Below, in pieces: positions 52,090 through 64,000 of a stretch of DNA of 64,000 nucleotides; the first letter of the stretch is position 1, and every line of letters starts with the position of its first letter. The DNA is taken from assembly GCF_009914755.1 (NCBI RefSeq), contig NC_060927.1, one strand, 5' to 3'. The position numbers and the translations under genes are program-made. The notes under the pieces were generated by a model, which had not been told where the DNA came from, searched no databases, and saw only the letters and a list, made by a program, of their open reading frames with translations. The stretch comes from the human T2T-CHM13v2.0 reference genome, Homo sapiens.

Positions 52090-53880
52090 CTGCTCCTTCC
52101 CCGCATGCACGGGGGGACACACGCCTTCCTCCCTGCCTGCCGGGACTTCAACCTCGCTTGCTGGGAAGTCGCGCACTTTCGTCGCGACTTCCCAAGTCGT
52201 GCTGGGTGTGACTTGGAATCTCGGATCCCTGGGCTAGGCCTGGCCACGCCCCCATGGGGGGAGGGGCAGCGCGGCGGGGGCGGAGCCTGGGCCCGAAACG
52301 CCACGGGCGCGACTCTGTGCGCGTCCGCCCACACGGGGGCGCTGTGTCCTCGCAAGCTCCCGCGGGGTGCCTCGCGGCCCTGGAACGCTGTGGTTTTCGA
52401 GGGGAAAAGTGAGAGTGGCTGGTCCTGCCTCCGCTGCCGCTTGGCCCTGAGATCCCCACTGCCCACGGGATAGGCCCCAGTCCACCCAGCCGGGGCCCCC
52501 CCCTTCCCCTCGTCTCGCTCTCCTTGGCAGTTCGGACTTCGGGTCAGTCCCACACTCGCGCCCGGCTGTCCCTGCTGCGCTCCTGTCACTGGCATTGGGA
52601 AGCCCTCCGGCCCCCTCTCTGCACACCTGGCACACGGCTCCTCCCTGGCGGCATGTGGGTATTTGGGTTGGGCGAGCCTCTCCCTCCCGATTCCCGAGTT
52701 CCGAGTGGGTCCCGGCGGACCAGCGCTATTCTGGAGGGGCAGTGCCTCAGAGGCAGGTCGCTTCGAGTGGGGATTTGTGCGCTCTGGCGCGGAGGAGGGG
52801 GGTGGGAAGCCGGCTCTTGCCCTCCTCACCCGGTGGGGAGCGAGCAGGGCCAACGGTGCGCTGAGAGCGCTCAGGGCGTCCCCAACAGCATGACCCGACC
52901 CAGGGACGAAGCTCTGGGGGACGGGACCACTTGCGATGACAGCTAAAGGAGCACAGGGGGGCGGCCGGCATGGAGAGGCGGGGCCGGCATTCCTGCGGGC
53001 CTGCCGGGAGGGTGGGGAACCTGGGATTTAGCCATGGGACCTGTGGAAGGGTTTTGGGTCGGGGTCCTGACCGTCTAGTCTGGGTTCTCAAAGATGGTTG
53101 GGACAGTGGGCAGGCTTGCAAAGACCGAAGAGGCTGGTGGACCTGGTGGCTGAGGCCTAGGCCAGGCAGGGATCGCGGTGGGGAGGTCACAGTAGGTGTG
53201 GTCCCTCCTCCCCCCACCCCTCAGGCCTAAGTCACTCAGGCCCTTGTGTCACGGTGGCACCGGGACCTCCACCCACTACATACACACGCGCGCGCGCAGC
53301 CCCGTGAAAACCTGCGCCGTGTGCCCCAGACCTGCAGCCCGCATCCCGCCGTGTCCCCCGTTCCCTGCATGCGGCTCCAGTGTAAGTGCAGCGTGCCGTG
53401 TGCGGCGTCCCAGCCCGCACCCCGCACCCCACCATGTCCCTCTGGGTGCGGGGTCCGCATGCCCGCGCCCTCCCCGCAGCTGCCGGCGTCCCCATTAATC
53501 ACGCGGCGCTGACGGCGCTGATCTGCGTGCTGGCGGCGTGACGGTGACGGTGACGGCGGGTGACGGAGCGGGCAATCGGCAGGCGCCCATCGGCCCATCT
53601 TATCGCGGCGGCCCAGCCGCCGCCCGCTGCGCGCCGCCCATTGATCGCGCCGGGCCCCTGCCCGGGGGTCAGCGCGGGCCGGGCCGGCCTGACAGCCGCA
53701 TCCGTCGCCGAGACGCGCGCTGATGGCGGCCCAGCCCGCACGGCCTGGCCATTAATCACCGTGCCTGCCGCCAAGTGACGGGAGGGGCGGCAGGGCAGCA
53801 GGGGACGACAGGCAGCCCCCGTGGCCGGCCCACCCCTTCACAGTTCCGGGGCCCTGCTGCGTGGCCCGCCCTGCACCCTA
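52090..53880. promoter_or_regulatory. Second CpG island between the SEC61A1 and RUVBL1 3' ends (putative lncRNA promoter or enhancer)
   Basis: High CpG density, GC box GGGGCGGAGC ~52277, no recognisable coding exon. Confidence 0.8.
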
Positions 53881-56759
53881 AGCTCCCCAGCCCCCCTGCC
53901 CAGGCCTCCCTCACCCCCTATCCTCTTATGGCCTGCTCTCCCCAGAACAAATGGAAGGGGAGTGGCTGCATACTGGAGGAAGCAAGAAAGAGGAACTTCT
54001 GTGTGGAGAATGAATGGATGACCACGGATGAAGGGGGTGAACACTGTTCTACCTCCCGAGGGACCTCTTTCCCAGACACCAAATGAGAGCAGGTCTGACC
54101 TGACAAACACCAGCACTGGCTGGGACAAGGGGGTGGTCATTTCGCCCCCTCTGGCTGCCTCAGCCCTAGCTGAGCCTCACCCAGGATGGGATGCTAGGGC
54201 CCCAGTGAGAAGCAGTGCGTTGTTTCTGGCAGTTGCCCCGTGCTACCCCCTCTGCTCTTGGGCTGTGTGGCCCTGAGCCAGTGCTGGCCCCTCTGGGCTA
54301 CAGGGCTTTTTCCAAACACAGGGGGATCCTAAGGGTCCTTCCAAGTGCCAGCTGTCTGCGATAGGGAGGGGCAGGGCCTAGCAGGCTGCTTCCTCCAGTT
54401 TGACAAACTGTGACCTCTTTCCAAGTGGGCCAGGAATCAGGAACTCTTTACTGCCTCTTAGTCTCTTGGGTACCTGATACAGCTACATGTGGGTCACTTC
54501 ACCAAGTCCTCACATGGGTCTATGGGATATGAACTTCCCACTCACACACCAGGAAACCAAAGACTCATGGGGCTAGGACCAAGGGCCACACAGAGGAGGA
54601 AAATGCAATCAATACCATGCCCTGCTGAGCCCCAGAACCCCTGGGTCCCCTCCCACTGCTCCTCTGCCCACAGCCCTCCAGAGCAGGGCCTTCTTGGGGT
54701 ACCCCAGCTGCTCTGCCCAGGGCTGGCCAGTTTCTGAGGGATAGAGGTCGACTGGGAGTGCAACCCCAGCCCCCTTCTGTACCCCCATTTTATTACACAA
54801 ATGGCTAAGGTTTGCTAACCAAGAAGTCACTCTCTGGTGTGACAGCATGATTCATTTAGTCCTAAAAAACAAACTATCCTACCAATCAATCTGGCAGGTG
54901 CAACCCTAAGACATGTGGCAGTAAGAAGGTATCTGCACTGAGAAAATGAGGCAGGGCACAAGGTGGTTTCCCTGCCAGGGCCAGGGACGCGTCTTTCAAG
55001 AGCCCTTCCCAGTCTCACAAGTATCTCTGGGGCCATTAGCACAGGAGACAGGGCGCTGGGATTTATGTGAAAATTCCTCCCTCCCTCTCCTCAGCCACCC
55101 AATCAGCTCCCTGGGTGGCACCCAAGAGAGCCTGCGCTGAGAGCCTGGAATATTCAACCACTTCCGATGACCAGCCCCCACCCTGCCTCACTTTAATATT
55201 ACAACAATTTTTCACACTGGAGCTGAAATAGTGCAAAAAATGAGGCTGCTGTAATTGTTGTTAGATTGTGTGTCAGCCTGATAAGATGTAACAAATATTT
55301 TCCTCCCCACCAGGGTCTGTTTCCCTCTTAGTAATGGATGGAGAAACTTCTCATAGTTGGTGAGGGATCAGTCGTAAAAACTTCGCCCGGAAGATTAATG
55401 TAATAATCACAGGCCTTGCTGGAAAAAATAGGAGGAAAATTAAAATAATCCCACCTTCCTACCTATCCAGAACCATCTCCCTCACTTTGGAGCACAGACC
55501 AGCGAACTGGGCCATCTCTCTGGGTACCACCTCAGCTAGGATATTTGAGGGGCAGGAACCAGGGGTCTGTGGCCTAGGAAGAGCAAGACCACGGTCCCCT
55601 CCTCACCTGGCTGATCTGGATATTGGTACCTTGGGCAGCCGAAGAAGACTCTGTCCCCACCCGCGGCTGTGAGATCTGCTGTCAGCGCCACTTCCATCTT
55701 GCTCCTTAAACAGCATGAAAGGCTTGGAGCCCAAGTGAGAGGCCCAGCCAGGGCAGAGGCCTGGTTCTGGTCCTCTAGGTGGGTCACCTTCCCCACACCG
55801 GACCCCGCTTCCTTCACCTGGCTGGTACAAAGGTCAGATCTTGACAGCTCCTAGCTGCTGCTAAATGCCAACACAGAAGGAGGCAGTATGGCCCCCAGGA
55901 GTTAGGAACACAGGTTCCAAGCAGCCTGATTTCAAATCCTGGTTCCATCTCTCACTAGCTGGCCAAGGGACTTGCCTCCTCTGTGGAAGTGGTCTTGGAA
56001 GTGGGCTAGCACACCTATCCCAGTCTCACAGGCTACTGTGAAGGCAACATGGAACGCAGAGTGTGAACACAGTCCCTGGTGCAATAAGCTCTTGCTGCAT
56101 CTCTCTTCTGTTTGTCTAACATGGCTCGAGTGGGGAGGCTAAAGACAAGCGCAGCCTCAGAGGACACTGGCAGCCGGCATGGGCCACATGCACAGCTGAC
56201 TTCATGAAGGGTCCCACCACCACTGCTGTGCATGCCAGTGTCTCCTCAGGGGCCAGGCCGAGGGAGAAGATTCACTCTGGCAGCAGGGACGGCTGGGGCC
56301 TCTCAGGCTAGATGGAATCCCCAGCATCATCTCCGCCCCCTCCCACTGTCCCCTTGACATGACTACAGGGGACTGTCCCTAATGGAAGGACAATGCTGCT
56401 TGCCCCACAAGGAGCTCATAGTTAGTCTGAACTAAAGCACTGGACCAAGATGACCATCCTAGTCAGCCCTGCCTCCCATATCATTACAGCACGGAGATCC
56501 AGTCTGAACTAGCACAAGGAGCAAGTGCTGGGAACAGCGTCCGGGTACTTAGCCCCACCTCAGGCACCACGGAGCCAGCAGGGAAGGACAGGCCTGGCAA
56601 GGGCAAGAACGCAGCTCTCATCCTACTGGGAAGGCACATTCCAGTAAGGTGCACTGCCCAGTGCTGCACTTGCCCTTGCTGCTTACTTAGTGGGCGAACG
56701 CAGAGATTCGGCCAGAGAGATAGGGACACTTCAGAGGGACACTTCAGAGATAGGGACAC

Positions 56760-57565
56760 ACGAGCCAACTGACAAGAGCTCTCACTGGCCAAAGCTGGCT
56801 CAATTTGAGCAACAAAATAAATCTACTAAAGTATACAATGAACTTCCGTAAGTCCATTCTGATACAATCTTCCATGCAGAATCCCAAATAATTTTGGTAA
56901 ATACTCAGTTCTCTAGAGGTGAGCATAACCCCTGCCACTTAAGTGTGGGCTGCATATAGTGACTTCCTTCCAAAGAATTCAGTATGGAAAGGCAGCAGAG
57001 AGTAACTTTACAGTGAGAAGACCCGACAAACATGACCTCAGCCAAAGGGTCAAGCTCACCATCAACGATGAGTCATGTTGCTAGCATGTGATGAGAACCA
57101 CACATGATACGATGTGATCAGAACCACATTTCACCTCTAGTCTTCCTCTCCATAACCCACAATCCCAGTCTACTCATGAGAAAAGCATCAGACAAACCCC
57201 AACTGAGGGATGTTCTACAGATACCTGATCAGTCCTCCTCAAAACTGTCAGGGTCATCAAGAACAAGGAAAATCTAAGAAGATGTCACAGCCAAGAGGCA
57301 TCTAAGGAGACATGACAACTAGTTGTAATGGGTTATCCTGGATGGGATCCTGGGACAGAAAAAGGACATTAGGTAAAACTGAGAAAATGTGAACGCAGTA
57401 GAATAATGCATCAGTATTGGTCATTCACGGTGACAAATGTGCTATCTGATGTAACACGTTAACAAGAAGGGAAACTGGGTACAAGATACATGGGAACTCC
57501 CTATTGTATGTTCACAATGACTCTGTACATCTAAAACTGTTCTGAAAAGTTTATTTTTAAAAAAC
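56760..57565 (+). mobile_element. L1MC/L1MD-type 3' end
   Basis: cagacaaaccccaactgaggga...cctggatgggatcctgggacagaaaaaggacattag...tctaaaactgttctgaaaagtttattt. Confidence 0.7.
57550..57555 (-). terminator. RUVBL1: Polyadenylation signal AATAAA (RUVBL1)
   Basis: First minus-strand AATAAA (plus TTTATT), ~270 nt after the stop, just past a (TC)n tract. Confidence 0.75.
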
Positions 57566-57824
57566 TTAGAGAGAGAGAGAGAGAGAATCAAAATAACCTA
57601 TGAAGATTTATAGAAAACACACCAGGTAAGGAAGGGTTCTTTCAAAGCAACCACAGGAACAGTTACGATAACTTAAAAAGAAATGCTTTCCACACTGAAC
57701 TGACAGCGCTGCAGACCACGCCTGAGTGGGGACGGCAGCCCCAAGCCCAGGGGCAAGCGCCCACAGGCTGGACCCAGGCCAGGCACACCTGGGGAGTCTC
57801 TTACTGCTGAAAACCTCAGCCATC

Positions 57825-58145
<321 letters not shown>

Positions 58146-58636
58146 TCAGAGAGCTGCAGTCATTATCCCATCAGAGAGGGTCCAGGAGCCACCAAGAAGA
58201 CATAAGTGCTATTCCCCAAATCTTTAGTACAGTCTACAAATCCTCCAGTAGGAAGTAATGTCACTGCTACTGGAAAAGGACTGCAAACTTATATGTATAC
58301 AGGTGTCCGACAGATAGGGATATTTAACATGGCAGGGAAATGAAAACATAGCCAGCTGGAAGTACATGCCCATCCAAAGGCATGAAGACTCTGCCGTTTT
58401 AAAAAGTACCCCTTCATCCAAACCTCACAGCTTGCATTTCTGCCTTCAACCTCAGGAGCAAGAACTGACTCAAGGGATGTAGGGAAGGGCTGAGGACTGT
58501 GAAGCAATGATTTTACAATGAGTCAGGCCACTGTGAAGGGACATGCTCTGCCGGTCCTGTGTTTGAGCCGCTGGAGAACAATTAGGAGAACTGTCTATGT
58601 CTGCGCTCCTCCCTGGCTCTCCATATCCACCACCCA

Positions 58637-58714
58637 GACATTTTTTATTTGCTTGATGGTTAAATAAATCAAAAAAGTTAAAGATTTACCAGGCCTCATA
58701 ACACCACCGGGAGA
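58637..58714 (+). repeat. Direct repeat copy 1 (RUVBL1 last intron)
   Basis: gacattttttatttgcttga...ggttaaataaatcaaa...aagatttaccaggcctcataaca.caccgggaga, shared with 59581-59673. Confidence 0.9.
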
Positions 58715-59056
58715 ACAGGAGCCAGGGCCCTGGCTAATGAGCTACCACATGGTCCCTGCTCTCTAGTTCTGTGCATCTTCTCTGCCACAAGAAGGCCCAG
58801 GGTCAAAGCACTCTCCACCAGAGGGGAGCATCTGCTGCAGGACATGGGGACTTCACCCTTACTCTAGCTTGTTAAAAACCATCAGATAGATCCTCTGCAT
58901 TTGAAACTCAAGTGCCCTGGCACCCATCGCGCCAGGAAGAGCGGATGGATAGAGTCCCATGCCCTAGGAAGGGACCTGCCTTTATTGTCCAGAATGACCC
59001 CAGCGAGGGCCCTGGCTGTGCTGGGGAGGCCCCGGCGGGCCCAGGGTACCAGCTCA

Positions 59057-59152
<96 letters not shown>

Positions 59153-59580
59153 TTAAAGGATAAAAAACATGATCAACGGTGACTGACCTCAAGTGCCCCA
59201 TTTCTAAAGTGCTTTAAAGACAATGTTGCTCAGATTTCTCACTGTGCAGCATAAGAGAAACTGAGACCTGGGTTGGTGGGCAGGGAGCCAACGCCTGCCC
59301 AGCACTGCCGGCCCGGCACCCTCCAGGAGGCATGTGCGGCCCTGCAGTATGCATGAATAGCATCACGGCCAGTGTGCTGTATTCAACTGACTCAAGTGTG
59401 GCTGGTGCCCAAGGAGGTATGCAGCTTCCCAAGTGGCTCACTCTTGCCTCCATGTCCTCCCGTCCCCTGTCCCCAGGCAGAGAACTGGGGCCTCTTCTAA
59501 CCTACCCGGGGCTCCTGCAAGGGCTCTAACCTTCCTCTCCAGCATGGGCACTACTGCCTACAAGCACTCAGGCAAGAAGG

Positions 59581-59673
59581 GACATTTTTTATTTGCTTGA
59601 TAAATATGATGGTTAAATAAATCAAAACAGTTACTTTTAAAGATTTACCAGGCCTCATAACATCACCGGGAGA
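59581..59673 (+). repeat. Direct repeat copy 2 (RUVBL1 intron)
   Basis: Same sequence as 58637-58714 with two short insertions. Confidence 0.9.
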
Positions 59674-60370
59674 TATCTAATCTATCAAGAAGAGGCTGAC
59701 GCTTGTTGCAGTTTGAAGATCTTGGTAGAGTTGGAGGGGAGGCAGGCTGGCGGCGGGGATGCTGTAACACGGTGGACCAGGATCCTGCAGGCGTACCAGC
59801 ACTGAGTGATAAGGGGCAGCCAGGATAATGATGTTGTGTGTTGTGGAGCTGAGATAACTGCAGGACTTCGAGCCGCATATAATACAGGAATTTTTCACTT
59901 TGGCAGCTTCGTAAACAAGATATCAAGAAGCCCTTGTTGAAATTAAAGCCATAAAAGCACACCCAGTGTAGAGGCACAGGAGCTGGGAAAGACTGAGTCC
60001 CAGCTTCAGCCTTCCAGGAGGGAGGAGAGCCAGAGGTTTACTGAGGTGGCCACATCAAGCCTCGCCTGTCAGCTCTCCAGGCTGGGACCCTGCGGGCAGG
60101 AGCTGCAGGGGGAGCCCAGTCTCTGATGATCGCGGTTGGGCTTGGGGGACAGCACATTGGCTGCCCACAGATGGGAAAGGCCTTGGAAAGCCCCAGCAGG
60201 ACAGAGCGGCTGCGATGAGCCAGGTGAGGGTGAAATGCTTGGCCAGCAAACACCCTGGGGAGGCAGCCCCTCCACCCGCGGCCACCACTGCTGCAAGGTG
60301 TTGTCTGCAGTCTTCCCTTTTCTCAAGACAGGCTCAGAACTCAGATCCTTGTACGAAACGTCCTGATTTT

Positions 60371-60875
<505 letters not shown>

Positions 60876-62538
60876 TTACTGGATGGTACAAGGACAACCA
60901 AGAAAAGGAGCTGGGAGGGACTCACAACAGAACTCCCCCCTGAACACAGCTTCAAGGTAAAAACGGCTTCTCACTCACAGCTGGGACTGAGGAAACCACC
61001 AGGTCTTGCCAAGAAAAATGTCCCCAGATGACCTTCTGAAACTCCAGGGAGATGTAAATATTGAATCCTGGAGCCTGGTCATAGGAGACAGCTTAAGCTA
61101 AGTGCCTCGCCTTCAGTGAGATGCACTGAATCTGTGGCTCAGCTTCCAGAATGTCAGGGACACTCTGCTCTCTCTCTCTCACTAGAGAGAGCAGCAGGTC
61201 AGAGCAATCGTGAAAGCGTCTGTCTCAGGCTGCTCGAAAATGGACAGTTCATAAATGAGATCTTTAATCATTTAATAACCTGCAGGGATAGTTTATGAGG
61301 GTGTCGGCTTGGATTGCAGAGTACACAAGTTACATTGAGTTTGTTTAAAAACCTAGCCCCAGGCTCCAGTAAAAATGCTGAGGTTATCGCCTGGGCCAGC
61401 GGGAACAAAGCCACGAGTCCTGAGAGAAAGCCTGAGGAGAGGCCCTCCTGACAGAGCCAAGACAGCCCCAGCCCAGAGTTGGCCTGGCAAGTCACTGTCC
61501 TAGAAGCACAGTACAGAACATTCCAGACTGTTTGGGCCAGGAGCTCTGGGTTCGAATGGCGGCAGCAAGGGTGAACTAGCTCTGAGTGGCAGTCCTGGCT
61601 CTGCTGCTTACTCTCCACATAGCCACAGGACCCTCGTTCTTGGAGCCTCCAACACTGGCTATTGCGAAGCTGTTGTATGTTGTACGTAGAGGACCCTAGA
61701 GGGTACCTATGAAGCACACAAAGCTATGAATACAGTAATAACAACAGCAATGGGAAGGATGGGAGGGCCCGTTATTGCCAATACCTCACAAATCCTAATG
61801 ACAATCTTGCAAAGGAGGGAGGAGATGTTCCATTTAACAGAGAAGGTGAAGGCTCGGTGAGATGCACCAAATTGCTCAAGTCATTCAGTAGGCAAATGGT
61901 GTCTCTGGCCCTGAACACATCTGTGCTGGGCTGCCTTTTTTGGCAGGACACATGGGGTTTTGGACCCAACAGTAAGGTGCTATGTCCCGCAGTAAGAATG
62001 GGCCAGTTTTCCAAGAATTGCCTGGGACTGTTTCTGCTTCTGCCTCCGTTCAGTGAATGCCTTGGCTTCAACCTGGCAGTCACCCTTGCAAGTCACCTGG
62101 CAAGACACCCTTACGTGGCGATGAGGCCCCCGGCCATTGACACCATCTCCTAGGTAACATATACAATTGCTACTATGAACCATAACTGCTTCAGTAATTT
62201 GCCAATGCTGGTTACAAAGGGAGATCTGTGACTCTCCTGATGCATCCCCACAGCACTCCTGCATGCGGTAAGAGATGCTGGCAGGCCCAGGCTGGGCCTC
62301 CAGCCACAGGAGAGCAGCAGAAGTGCCAGGAAAGGCCCAGGAGAGGCCCTGACTGCTCCAAAGGAAAGGTCCTGCTCACAAACTGCCAGAGGAAAGCCAC
62401 CTCATGAATCCTAATGACAATGAGATGAGAGATTTCTAGCAGGAGGGAAGCTGGGTGGCACGGTGATTAAGAACACGGGTTTCCGGATCAGAAAGCCTGG
62501 ATTACAGCCAGTCCCATTACCTGCTAGCCACTGACTAA

Positions 62539-62871
<333 letters not shown>

Positions 62872-64000
62872 AATGTCCTCATCTTTTAAAATGGCAATGA
62901 CAGTAGTTCTCCCTGCCTCATGGGTTACTGGGGATCAAATGGAATCAAACTGGCCAGGCATGTCCTGCTCAACACGATGCTCAACAAAGATGCCATGCTC
63001 TGGTGAAAAGACAAGGTCCAGGCAAAGCGCATCGAGACGTCACTGCAGCCCCAGTCTGCTCAGCATCTCCAACCATGGCTGCATGCCAGAGCCCATCAGA
63101 AGAGAACATTTGGGGCAAAGGTGGGCAGGGCAGAGGAAAGAGCACAGCACATGCTGCCTCGGAGACACCAATTCAGGGTATGTACCACTGAAGATGGCCT
63201 GGGCTCTACAGGGCACTGCCTGGCTTTGCATCCTGCACTTACAGCTCCATGACTCAAATGTAAAAAATAAAATAGATGGTGATCACATGGAATACCTGGA
63301 AATACCATGAAGGTGACTAGAAATTCCTAGTCCAATGGTATTCCTATGCTTGGCACATAGTTGTGCTCTAGCTCCAAACCAAGCAAGAGGCAATTCCTAC
63401 AGGGACAACTGGGACTGTGGCCCTTTGGATAAAGCCCACGCTCATACATCCCTGTCGTCTCCCAACTCAGCCTAACCCAGATTCAGCTCACGCAGACTTC
63501 AGGGCATGCACGGTGTGCCAGCCACTGAGCTAGATGCTTCCAAGGGTCCTCCAATGAAGCCTCTTATTATATGATCAGTTTCACAAACTCCCTCCTTCAG
63601 GTGCTCTTCTAAGCTGTATGATGCTGTCTCGCCATCACCTCTGTGGACTTGGCAGAAGCCCTCAAGGACTCTATTGCAAAGCCACAGACCTGCCCAGGGG
63701 CGGCCTCCAAAGCTGCCGAGAAACTTGTCATGCTGTTTACAGCAGACAGGCTCTGCTAGGACACAAGCACTGGCCTCTTCCAGGTCAGGGTGGCTACATT
63801 CTGTACCCTGCTGGAGCTGGCTTGCTGTTGGTTCAGGTGGAACAGCGAGCCTGGCCTTGTCCTCTGAGTAGAAAAGGCCACAGGCATATTCTGGCCTGGT
63901 CACCAAAAGGCTATCACTAAATCATATTTTATTGCTTCCTTTTTATAGAGCTGGTAGCCTCCCTAATGGCTATCATCATGTTGATTTTTTCACTATCCTT

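Noticed and set aside
52162-52194. RBPJ paired site (TGGGAA...TTCCCA)
   Set aside because: Spacer is 21 bp, outside the 15-17 bp needed for cooperative Notch dimer sites
52059-52853. 264-aa minus-strand ORF and overlapping ORFs in the second CpG island
   Set aside because: Low-complexity Pro/Arg/Gly/Ala frames, expected from stop-codon scarcity in GC-rich DNA; no recognisable domain
56717-56760. Short agggacacttcag repeats
   Set aside because: Small slippage repeat at an L1 boundary

Overview
Primate, almost certainly human, genomic DNA, rich in Alu, L1 and LTR elements; the gene content matches the 3q21 SEC61A1-RUVBL1 locus. Bases 1-28,000 are almost entirely interspersed repeats. A CpG-island promoter (~28.5-29.4 kb) drives the complete 12-exon SEC61A1 gene on +: the exons read off by hand sum to 1431 nt = 476 aa + stop, with a polyA signal at 48234. 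Next come a U2 snRNA retropseudogene, a second CpG island with homeobox-type motifs, and the last two coding exons of RUVBL1 converging on -. The most striking unexplained structure is a ~640-bp non-Alu inverted repeat (35542-36465 / 39308-40236; 93-99% identical by manual alignment) that brackets exactly SEC61A1 exons 6-7. Back-splicing those exons gives a 264-nt circle with a stop-free frame, while skipping them in the linear mRNA creates a TGA at the exon 5/8 junction. Also seen: a candidate antisense terminal exon over SEC61A1 exon 8, direct repeats around the RUVBL1 penultimate exon, and a tailless tRNA-Cys retrocopy. Repeat names and boundaries were recognised by eye and are approximate.
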